DNA from: a virus | Taxonomy: Duplodnaviria; Caudoviricetes | IMG/VR virus record: IMGVR_UViG_3300020045_010158 | Span: 1-40,778 of that record | Direction: 5' to 3' (one strand) | DNA: 40,778 nt | Shown: in pieces, positions 15,739-24,800 of the stretch | Position numbering within the stretch: the stretch's first letter is position 1 | Layout: each line of letters opens with the position of its first letter | Program-made: the position numbers and the translations under genes | The notes under the pieces: model-generated | Told to the model about the DNA's origin: nothing | Seen by the model: the letters and a program-made list of their open reading frames with translations, nothing else | The model's database searches: none

Positions 15739-17151
15739 ATGAAAATGTTTATAAAAATATTTTTAGTTTTGTCTTTTATGCCTAAGTTTCTTGTGCAAAG
15801 CTGTGTGCGCTCCAACATTAGGAAGAAGCAAGAGATTTTCAATTCGGTTATCGTCCTTAATCTCGTTAATGTGATGAACAACTTCTTCGAGGCGAAGATA
15901 TCGACCAATATGTTTTTCCATGACAAGACGATGTTCAAGAACATAATTAGAAGAATTTCGATTTGGATGATCGGGACACTTAATCAAAGAATATCCAGCA
16001 TCAGTAATCTTCTTGCCTCCTTTCCAGTTAATGTTTTTATTGCCTATTTTAGAAAGGCTCAGCTTAGCTTTATGTTCTTTTGTAAATTTTTTCCCTTTAC
16101 GAGCCAAAGACATATTCTTGCGCCATTCTCGGCTAAATGGACCTCTTTTTTTACCAAGATTGGCAAGCCCAATTTTAATTTTATGATCTTCAGATTTTGG
16201 ACGACCTTTTGTAATATTGCTTTTCCAAACAGAAGAGCATTTTATAGAACAACATTTTCTTCTGTCAAAGGTTTTTACACCAGCATCAAATTCTTTTTCA
16301 CAAATAGCACAAGATTTATTCATGTAGCCTCCTTTAGTTTACTTATTATATTATTTAGTATGATATGTTGTCAAGTATCGTTTGCTGAATGGGATAAAGA
16401 CATCCCATTATCCAGCGACAATCTTACTGACTTTCCGGTAGATAACCAATCTAATCTTGATGCGATTGACCTTGTTTTATCAAATTATCGAAAGGGCATG
16501 GCGATAACATATTCATCTGCATCAACCGTTGTTGTTTCTGCTGGTCAAGTTGTTTGTTCGAACAGCGGAGGAACGGTCAGGAAATTCCGTTCTAACCCTT
16601 CAAATACAAATGTGACATTTTCAGATTTGGATACCGGGTCGGAAGCGGCGGCAACGACTTATTATGTTTTTGCTAACTGTGATGCTGTCGCAGATACAGC
16701 AACTTTTAAATTATCTCTATCCTCCTCAGCTCCGTCTGGGGTTACATCATACAAGCTGTTAGGTTCGATATACAATAATTCCTCGTCGGACATTGACAGG
16801 CATTTCATTTATTCAGAGCCTTATGGGAATATCAATGCTGACTCATCCGGCGCTGAAAAGGTAGAGGCAATTTATGATTACGGCACAAGCACAAGCACAT
16901 TCACATCAAAAACAGGCGGATTGTTGATTGCTTATGGCAGTCAATCTGTAAGCGCAGCAAGCTCGGCGACAATAACAAATCTTCCTTTCTCCGGAACAAG
17001 CACTTATCAATGTTTCGTGAACACATCAAACGGATCGACTGACCAGACAGAGAACAGTGGGTGTGTGAAGGGAAGCGGTTCATCAATCACTATTTATAAT
17101 GAGTGGCCATCAGGGGCAACAACTCTTTATTGGTTTGCAATAGGGTATTAA
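15739..17151 (+). CDS. Secreted tail-fibre protein interrupted in frame by an antisense HNH element
   Basis: RBS AAAGGAG; MKMFIKIFL...[insert]...LLIILFSMICCQVSFA|EWDK; C-terminal GGLLIAYG...LPF...LYWFAIGY fibre-tip motif. Confidence 0.7.
   Translation: MKMFIKIFLVLSFMPKFLVQSCVRSNIRKKQEIFNSVIVLNLVNVMNNFFEAKISTNMFFHDKTMFKNIIRRISIWMIGTLNQRISSISNLLASFPVNVFIAYFRKAQLSFMFFCKFFPFTSQRHILAPFSAKWTSFFTKIGKPNFNFMIFRFWTTFCNIAFPNRRAFYRTTFSSVKGFYTSIKFFFTNSTRFIHVASFSLLIILFSMICCQVSFAEWDKDIPLSSDNLTDFPVDNQSNLDAIDLVLSNYRKGMAITYSSASTVVVSAGQVVCSNSGGTVRKFRSNPSNTNVTFSDLDTGSEAAATTYYVFANCDAVADTATFKLSLSSSAPSGVTSYKLLGSIYNNSSSDIDRHFIYSEPYGNINADSSGAEKVEAIYDYGTSTSTFTSKTGGLLIAYGSQSVSAASSATITNLPFSGTSTYQCFVNTSNGSTDQTENSGCVKGSGSSITIYNEWPSGATTLYWFAIGY
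15763..16323 (-). CDS. HNH homing endonuclease with N-terminal Zn finger and NUMOD3-like repeats
   Basis: CAIC...CCSIKC; SEDHKIKIG, SREWRKNMS, TKEHKAKLS repeats; NWKGG; EHRLVME..IGRYL...EVVHHINEIKDDNRIENL. Confidence 0.92.
   Translation of the reverse strand: MNKSCAICEKEFDAGVKTFDRRKCCSIKCSSVWKSNITKGRPKSEDHKIKIGLANLGKKRGPFSREWRKNMSLARKGKKFTKEHKAKLSLSKIGNKNINWKGGKKITDAGYSLIKCPDHPNRNSSNYVLEHRLVMEKHIGRYLRLEEVVHHINEIKDDNRIENLLLLPNVGAHTALHKKLRHKRQN
16328..16374 (-). promoter_or_regulatory. Sigma70-type promoter and RBS of HNH #2
   Basis: Minus strand: TTGACA (16374-16369), 18-nt spacer, TATAAT (16350-16345); AGGAGG (16333-16328) before ATG 16323. Confidence 0.85.
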
Positions 17152-17164
17152 CACAGGAGGATTT

Positions 17165-17989
17165 ATGGGTTTCTTCAGTTCATTATTCGGCGGTAAAAGC
17201 AAGACTTCGGATGTAAACTATCCAGATTGGTATGCTGACCCTAAGTTTACAGGTTCACAGGATTTTCTTGATACATATTCGAGAGATATGCTGACCAAAG
17301 GACCAAATGATTATTATGCTCCGATTGGCAATTACGGGACACCTGAGTTTATGGATTTTATGAGGCAGTCTAATGCTTCGACACTGGCTGGCGTTGATGA
17401 GGCTATTAGTCGCGGGCGTGGTCGTGGTGGAAGGACTGGTGAAGTTGCTGCACAAGCGCTGGGCGATAAGAATGCTAAGCTTGCTTGGATGGATTATCTT
17501 AGGGCTATGCAAGGTCGTGAAATGTTTTTGAATACAGGTCTTAATGTTCAAGATAGTGTCCGGAGTGCAGGGTTTGCAAATCAAGGCGCTCGCAATCAAT
17601 TCAATGTTGGCAAAACATCTTTTGATTTTAATAAAGCCGTTTATGGTGACACATATGATGCGAATAGAGCGAAAGGCATTGGGAAAGTTGTTGGAACGCT
17701 TGCACCTCTTGCTGGCGCAGCAATCGGCGGTATGGCAGGTGGTGTTCCTGGCGCACAGATTGGCTACGGAATCGGAAGCTCTTTGTTTGGTGGTGATGGA
17801 GAAGCTCCACAGTGGTTAGATTTGATTGCTGGGTCGAAAAGCAAGTCAACTCCGACGGAGACAGGCGGAAGCGCCGGGGTCTCAAGTATTGGGAAAGCGG
17901 TTACTCTTGACCAAGATATTTATAGTAATATGTTTCCTTATCTTAATAAGACAAAATATATGATGCCACCATTTAACCCGGGGTATTAA
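17165..17989 (+). CDS. Putative DNA ejection/pilot protein
   Basis: RBS AGGAGG; MGFFSSLFGG N-terminus; Gly/Ala-rich hydrophobic hairpin; position after the tail genes. Confidence 0.6.
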   Translation: MGFFSSLFGGKSKTSDVNYPDWYADPKFTGSQDFLDTYSRDMLTKGPNDYYAPIGNYGTPEFMDFMRQSNASTLAGVDEAISRGRGRGGRTGEVAAQALGDKNAKLAWMDYLRAMQGREMFLNTGLNVQDSVRSAGFANQGARNQFNVGKTSFDFNKAVYGDTYDANRAKGIGKVVGTLAPLAGAAIGGMAGGVPGAQIGYGIGSSLFGGDGEAPQWLDLIAGSKSKSTPTETGGSAGVSSIGKAVTLDQDIYSNMFPYLNKTKYMMPPFNPGY

Positions 17990-18003
17990 ACAGGAGAATA
18001 ACA

Positions 18004-18834
18004 ATGGCTCTAAGCGGTGTTGATATTTTTAACGCGGCAGCTGACCAAGCAATGGCTGTCTCAAAGAATCTGCAAGCTATCCGGGAAGCTCGTCTAAAAA
18101 GACAGCAAGAGGAAGAGGATAGGAAGCTTGATATTGAAGAGAAAAATTTAAAGCTTAAGAAGCTTCGTCAAGAAGGTGAGTTAAGCGAGTTGCAATACAA
18201 GGCTTTTGAGGCTCAGTTCAAAGAATACCAGAAACAGCAAAATGCGATTGCCTCTGGCAAAGATGCAATGATAAATCAAACTGAGGACGAACAGCTTGGG
18301 ATGTTAAAAGAAGCTGACGCTATTGGCGAGCAAGCTCTTCCTGTGGCGTTAGCTGAGAGATTAAATCCTTCTTTGGCGGTTGGTCCAGGTGGGAGAATGA
18401 TCCAAGGTTTTGATTCTGATAATCGTCCAACTCCAGAAGCAACAAACCCAAATCCCATGGAGCCAGTTTATCACGGTGGGAAGATAACAGGATATAAACA
18501 AAAGCCTTATAAAAGCCCTGCACAAGAAGAAAAGAAGCCATCTTATGACAGCGTTATATCTTTGGCAAAGGATATGGCTAAAGAAGACACATCTTCGATT
18601 CCTCTAGCTGAGAAAATCAGAAAACATCTTCCAGAAGCAAAGAGAATTCTTTATGGTGAACAGTCTCCTGCTAATTCCAAGGGGCTTCCTATGGACGCAG
18701 TATATAAACAAGATACTGTCCCGAATGTTGCAAAGAAAGATAAATTTGGTTACACTATTGGAGATATTCAAGAGACCGCGCGCGGAGCTGTCGAATACAT
18801 TGGAGACAATAAATGGCGCCTAAGGAAGCAGTAA
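18004..18834 (+). CDS. Putative ejection (internal virion) protein
   Basis: RBS AGGAG; N-terminal coiled coil and Pro-rich linker; directly before the giant internal protein. Confidence 0.55.
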   Translation: MALSGVDIFNAAADQAMAVSKNLQAIREARLKRQQEEEDRKLDIEEKNLKLKKLRQEGELSELQYKAFEAQFKEYQKQQNAIASGKDAMINQTEDEQLGMLKEADAIGEQALPVALAERLNPSLAVGPGGRMIQGFDSDNRPTPEATNPNPMEPVYHGGKITGYKQKPYKSPAQEEKKPSYDSVISLAKDMAKEDTSSIPLAEKIRKHLPEAKRILYGEQSPANSKGLPMDAVYKQDTVPNVAKKDKFGYTIGDIQETARGAVEYIGDNKWRLRKQ

Positions 18835-21800
18835 ACGAAGAAGTTTTCACGACCGAAGAGTTGTCCCAATTAACCCAATCAGAAAAAAGATTTCAGCAAG
18901 CAGTTTCCTTCACATTCCGCCAGGATATTGAAGGCGGATATACTGTTGATAATGGGGGTCCGACTAACTTCGGCGTCACCCAATCCACGCTTGATAGTTA
19001 TACTAAATCAAATAAACTCCCGCCACTTGATGTTAAAAAGATTCCTCAGGGTTTAGCATTTAAAATAGCTAAAGAAGAGTATTTCGATAAAGCAAAACTT
19101 GGGCAGTTGCCCGACGGCCTTGCTGTTGCTATGTTTGATTACGGCTTTAACTCCGGAACAGGCACAGCTGTCAAAGCGCTTCAAAAACAATTAGGCGTTA
19201 AACAGGACGGCATTATGGGTCCACAAACCTTAGATGCTGTTTATGAATATTCTACAAAGAATGGCGAAGAAGATTTAATTAAAAAGGTTATCACCGATCG
19301 TGAAGAGTTAATGAAGAGTCTCATTAAAGACGATCCAAAACAATTTAAGAAAAATGAGAATGGTTGGAAAAATAGGATACAGAAATTGAAAGACACTCTT
19401 AACATATCATCGCTAAATCCATTTGCTGTTACTGAGGCTCACGCAGCCGAGGCTCCTTCTCAAGAAGATACATTTACGACGGAAGAATTATTTGGGAATA
19501 CCAAGCCTGAAGAAGACACATTTACTACCGAGGAGCTGTTTGGCGATAATAGGAAACAAGAAATATTCACGACGGATGAGCTTGCAAATCTCAAAGAAGA
19601 TAAAGCTTCTTTAATTGATAATTATATTCGTGGGCTTAAAACATCTGTTGAGCAGATTCCAGCTATGGCTCAGGGTGCGGTTGGTTTAGTTGCTGATTCT
19701 GTTGATAAATTATTCGGCGGGGATGAAGACAGCGTTGCAAAGAAAGTCCGAGACTGGGGTATTCGTGGTTACAATGCTTCTATTGAAAAGACAAAAAATA
19801 CCGCTAAAGAAAACGATGATGTTGTAGTCGCTTGGAATAAAGCCAAAGACGGCGACATTAACGCAATGTTTGATTTCTTAAGTTATGGGTATGGTTACGG
19901 AACAGGTATGTTTCTTGACTCCGCGGCAAAAGCAGCTATTGGCGCAGCAGTTGGGACAGCAACATTATCACCAGGTATTGGGACAGTTACCGGCGCCGTA
20001 GCTGGTGTTGCTTCTAAAGGATTCCTTCGCAAAGCGATATCCAATATTGTTAAAAAAGAAGCGGATGATTTAATATTTAAAAGCGCTGGTAAAATATCGT
20101 CTTTTGAAGCTCAGAAGATGTCTGTGCGCGGTCTTGCTGCAAATATTGGCGGGACGCTTGCTGCAACTGCGAATAGCATGACTATTGAAGGTGGCAGCAT
20201 TTATGGTGAGGCTGTTGCTAATAAAGGCGAATTAAACGGCGCAGATTTAGCAAGGGTGTGGGCTTCTGCGGTGGCTGCTGGTGGGATGGACGCTGCTTCA
20301 AGCATATTAGGCTTAGGGGCAATTACAGGAAGAATAAAGATCCCCGGAGCTGGTGGACGATTATCAAGGGCTGCGGTTGGTGGGACTGTTGGTGCTGTGG
20401 CTGAAGCTGGGACAGAGGGCGTTCAAACAGGCATTGAAAGGTTTGGTGCGCAGAAGTCTGTCTTTGATGAAGAAGGCAAACGGGAAATGATAAACGCCGC
20501 GGCTATGGGCGCTTTACCTGGCGGCGCTGTTGGTGGGATTGCTGGTGGATTACAAGGTGGAAAAAAGAGTCCGGTTATTGCAGACGCAGAAAAGGCTGGA
20601 AGAGTTATCGGGATTGACGCGCAGACAAAGCTACCGATTATTGACACAACTCAAAAGCCAGAAGTCAAGGCTGAAGAGGCTGTTGTTGAGGAGAAGAAAC
20701 TAACCGGACAATTTACTGAGAATGAGCTTAAAGATATAAAGGAATTATCTGATTGGGAATTTGCACAAGCTGATGGCGGAAGATGGTCATTTATAAATGA
20801 TGAAGGACAAACTCAGTTTAGCGGCAATCCGTCAGGTCATTCGGAGACGATGCAAGAAATTGGTCCTAAGAAATCTTTTGCAATATTAAATAAGGCATTG
20901 TCTGGAGAAAAGCTAACGCCTAGCGAAGTTGATAAGGCGCGGCTTTTGATTGGTGACTTTAGGAGCAATATCAAACCTTACATTGATAATATCACAAGGG
21001 GGATTGAAGATGTCAAAACAGAACTTTCAGAATCCGAAGCAGCAGAAGTTATTGGAGCTTTTGAGACTGAGGAGAAGATTGATGTTGATTGGGAAGAAGA
21101 GGGGGGTTCTGTCAGAGGAGTCGAAGGATCAGAACAAACCGAAGTAAGTCAAATTAAAGACAGCAACGATGTCTATTCCGATATTAAGTCAAAGCTCATT
21201 GCGCAAGGATATGAAGAGGACGAGGCAGATGCAAATGCTTTGTTGTGGAAGAATCGAGCAGAGCGCGCCGCTAAGCAGCAAGGGATATCTGTGGCGCAAT
21301 GGTATGGGAAAACAAAGCATACGCTTGAATCTAGCGAAGAAGCTCCTAGCGCAGATGCTTTAACCCAGAGCGCAGAAGGATCTAAAATTGGTGACTATAT
21401 TGGATACCAAGAGCCGGGCGGGAGATATATGTCTGGACGAATTACTAATATTGTCGGCAATCAAGCAACTGTTTATAATGCAAAAGAAAGAAAGAGCTAC
21501 AAGCTTCTTCTGTCATTGTCTCATAAGATAGGGGATGGCGGGAAGCTGTTTCAGTCACAACCACAGGCAGATACGTTTTATTCGCAGGTCGAAAAAGTCA
21601 TCGACGAAAAGATGCCCAATGCCGCGACACCGGAAATGATCCGCGGGATCCTGTCAGAAAAGAACGGGATCAAGGCTGAGGAATACAAATGGATGGGCGT
21701 GGATGACTTCCTGGCCGGCAAGCAGAAGGTGACGAAGAAGGAGCTTCAAGACTTTGTGGCGCAGAATCAGGTGCAGGTTGAGAAAGACGAAAATAATTAT

Positions 21801-24800
21801 AGTTATTCAGACAAAACAAAGCATTCCGTTATTAGGGCGTATGAACGAGGTATGCCATCAACAGAAATATCTGAACAATCAGGAATTGGAGAAACAACAA
21901 TATTAAGATGGATTAAAGCAGAAGGAAAATCAAGAACATCCCAAGAAACAAAAGGGGTAACAGAAGATATTAAGAAACAAATATCTGATTTATATTCACA
22001 AGGCAATTCTGTTTCTAGTGTGGCAGAGAGATTAGGTGTAGGAACGTCAACAGTGCATCGAGAACTTACTAAAAAAGGTATTTCTCGTAGCTTAGAAGAT
22101 GTAAATTCTTATGAACCTGATATTAGGAACAAAGCAAAAGAATTATATATGTCTGGACAGAATACCTATGAAGTGTCCGATGCTCTTGGGTTAGGGCAGA
22201 ATACTGTTGCAAAATGGATGAATAAAGAAGGAGTGTCAAGAGGGGCTTCAGGGGCACAAGCATTGCGAGTTGCTCTTGGGAGAAACACTAACTATGGAAT
22301 AAGGACAAATTATGATAGGGTAAGAGCAGAATCTTCTTATGAGCTAGCAAGGATAGCGCAATTAAAATCAATGTCTGATATTAAAGATATTACAAGAGCC
22401 ACAGATAGAATTTCTTATAATGATGGAAAAAATAATTATGTCCCTGATTTAATTGTGAACACAAAAGATGGACGTACAATCGTAGAGGAAATTAAACCTC
22501 TAAATAAGATTTTAGATGAAAAAGTATTAAAAAAAGCTCAGGCTGCAAAAGAGTTTTATGCGGACAAAGGTATTGAGTATCGTTTAATTAGTGAAAGCGA
22601 CATTGGATATAGCGGCTTTGATGAATCTATTATAGATAAAACAGATATGGTTGATGCTGATAAAGAGAGGGCGAGAAAATCTTTCAAATCAGCGAAGTAT
22701 TATTTATCCAAATTATATGACATCACACCATCCATGAAGAAGTCCGTCATGGAAGGCCAGCCGTTGTTCCAGGGAGGCAAGGAGCCACGCGGTTGGGTTG
22801 AGCTAAGCCCTGGTGAACAGAAGAGGGTTATATTGACAGCCATCCGTGACGCTTCAACATTTATTCATGAGTCGGCGCACATATGGTTGCAAGATATGTT
22901 TGATTTCTACTCAAAGAATCCTTCAACTAAGGAATGGCAATCTTTAAAGAGTTGGCTAAATATCTCTGATGAGCAGAAGGTATTGACAAGAGATCAGCAT
23001 GAGAAATTTGCCCGCGGGTTTGAAGCATATCTTCGCGAAGGTAGAGCGCCTTCATTGGACTTAAAAGCTGTATTTGAGAAGTTTAAGAATTGGCTCGAAC
23101 AGATTTATAAGAGTATGATTGAGTTAGATGTTGAGCTTAGCGATGATGTGCGTGGCGTTATGGATAGGATGTTTGCGGAAGAGAGTGAGAATATCACGCC
23201 GTCTGGGCAAATAAGACCAGAATTGCGCGCGCCAATAAAGACAGAGTTATTCCAAGAAAAAGGGGAGTTGTTTGAAGACTTAGAGTCTAGGTCTCCACGC
23301 ACTCCTAAAGGCACACAGGCAAGCGGCGGAGTATCTGGAGCGATAGACAGCTTTGAGCCTGCTGGGAATACAGAGGCAAAACAGGCGGCATTCAAGCTAT
23401 CTGAGCGTGTTGTTGCATTAGTTAAAGAGTTTGCTGGGCGGTTTGGCGAGGATTACAACCCGTCTGGGACTGAAGGCGTCTTTTATTCAGGGACAGAGAA
23501 TATCTTTGTTAAAGCCAAGAATGATGTGGCTGTTGCCGTTCATGAAGTCACGCATTATCTTGATAAAAAAATCGGGTTCACGCCTAAGGTCACAGTTGTC
23601 AAAGGATATGCAAAAGACGGAAAGCCAATATACGATCCATCGACTAAGAGTATTCGCAAAGAGTTGACAGATATTTATATTCGCTATTATCCGGGCGGTA
23701 AGAAGGACCACGCTTTAAAGAAACGCGTTCAAGAAGGCGTTGCTGTATTCTTTGAGCGCATGGTTACGAATCCTCAGAAAACAATGAAGGAATATCCTGG
23801 AATTTATAAAGATTTTATGCAGCAGTCTGGTCGATACTTTGATAGCAACATGCCTGTCTTTGTAAGCAAGGGACGGAAGATTGTTGAGGATTATCAACGC
23901 CTGAGCGACTTGGATAAGATTGCTGCCCGGGTTGTTGACGCTCCTGTATTGCCTAGCGAGCCTTTCTTAAACGCTAAAGAAGCGGCTATCTATTACCATA
24001 TTGATGATAAATACCCACTTGAGAAGCTTGCCAAAGAAGCAGGTGTTCATTTTAAAGCAGACGACCCTTCTCTGATTGCCAGAATTTATGATCATGTCCC
24101 AATGATTATCCAACACAACATAAGTGATGCGCCTTTTCTTGGAATTGGAAAGTTTAGTTTTGGCAAGGAAACATATTTGACAATGGTTGGCAATGGTGAG
24201 ATTAAAGTTAAATATGATTATAATTGGCATGCCCTTGTCAACACTGTTGGGAAGAGCATTGATGATTTCAACGCTTGGCTTGTGGCGCGCAGGGTTGTGG
24301 CTAACTATAAGAAACTAGATGAGCTTAAAATTGAGGCTGAGCGTGCGGCACAAGCTTTAAAAGATGACGCCGCGGCTAAAGCAAGGGCTGCGCAGGAAGG
24401 CGATTTTGACCCGGAAGAATTGCAAGGCGGGCTTACCCCTCAGGAGATACGCGAATTAAAAAATAAAATCCGCGAATATAAAGAACAGCAGACGCTTGTC
24501 CGGAATGATGCTTTTGATAGGGGCGTTGCTCAGCGCGCGTATGATCAGCACAAAGATAGGTTCAAAGAATCCGCTCAGATGTTTGACAATTTAGTTAAGG
24601 CAGACGCCGAGCTTCTAAACGCAGCAGGAATCATTAGTGACAAAAAGCTTAGAGAGTTTGTCAATGAGGAAGGATACGCCACATTTAAGCGCCAAATTGA
24701 GAATGAGATTATTGGGTCAGGAAGCGATTTAAAGTCTAAAACTGTCAAGGTTGGTCGAAACAAAGTCTCGTCTCTATTTAAATATGGCGGTTCAGGCAAA

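Noticed and set aside
1007-17151. Diversity-generating retroelement acting on the fibres
   Set aside because: No reverse transcriptase and no template/variable repeat pair differing at adenines was seen
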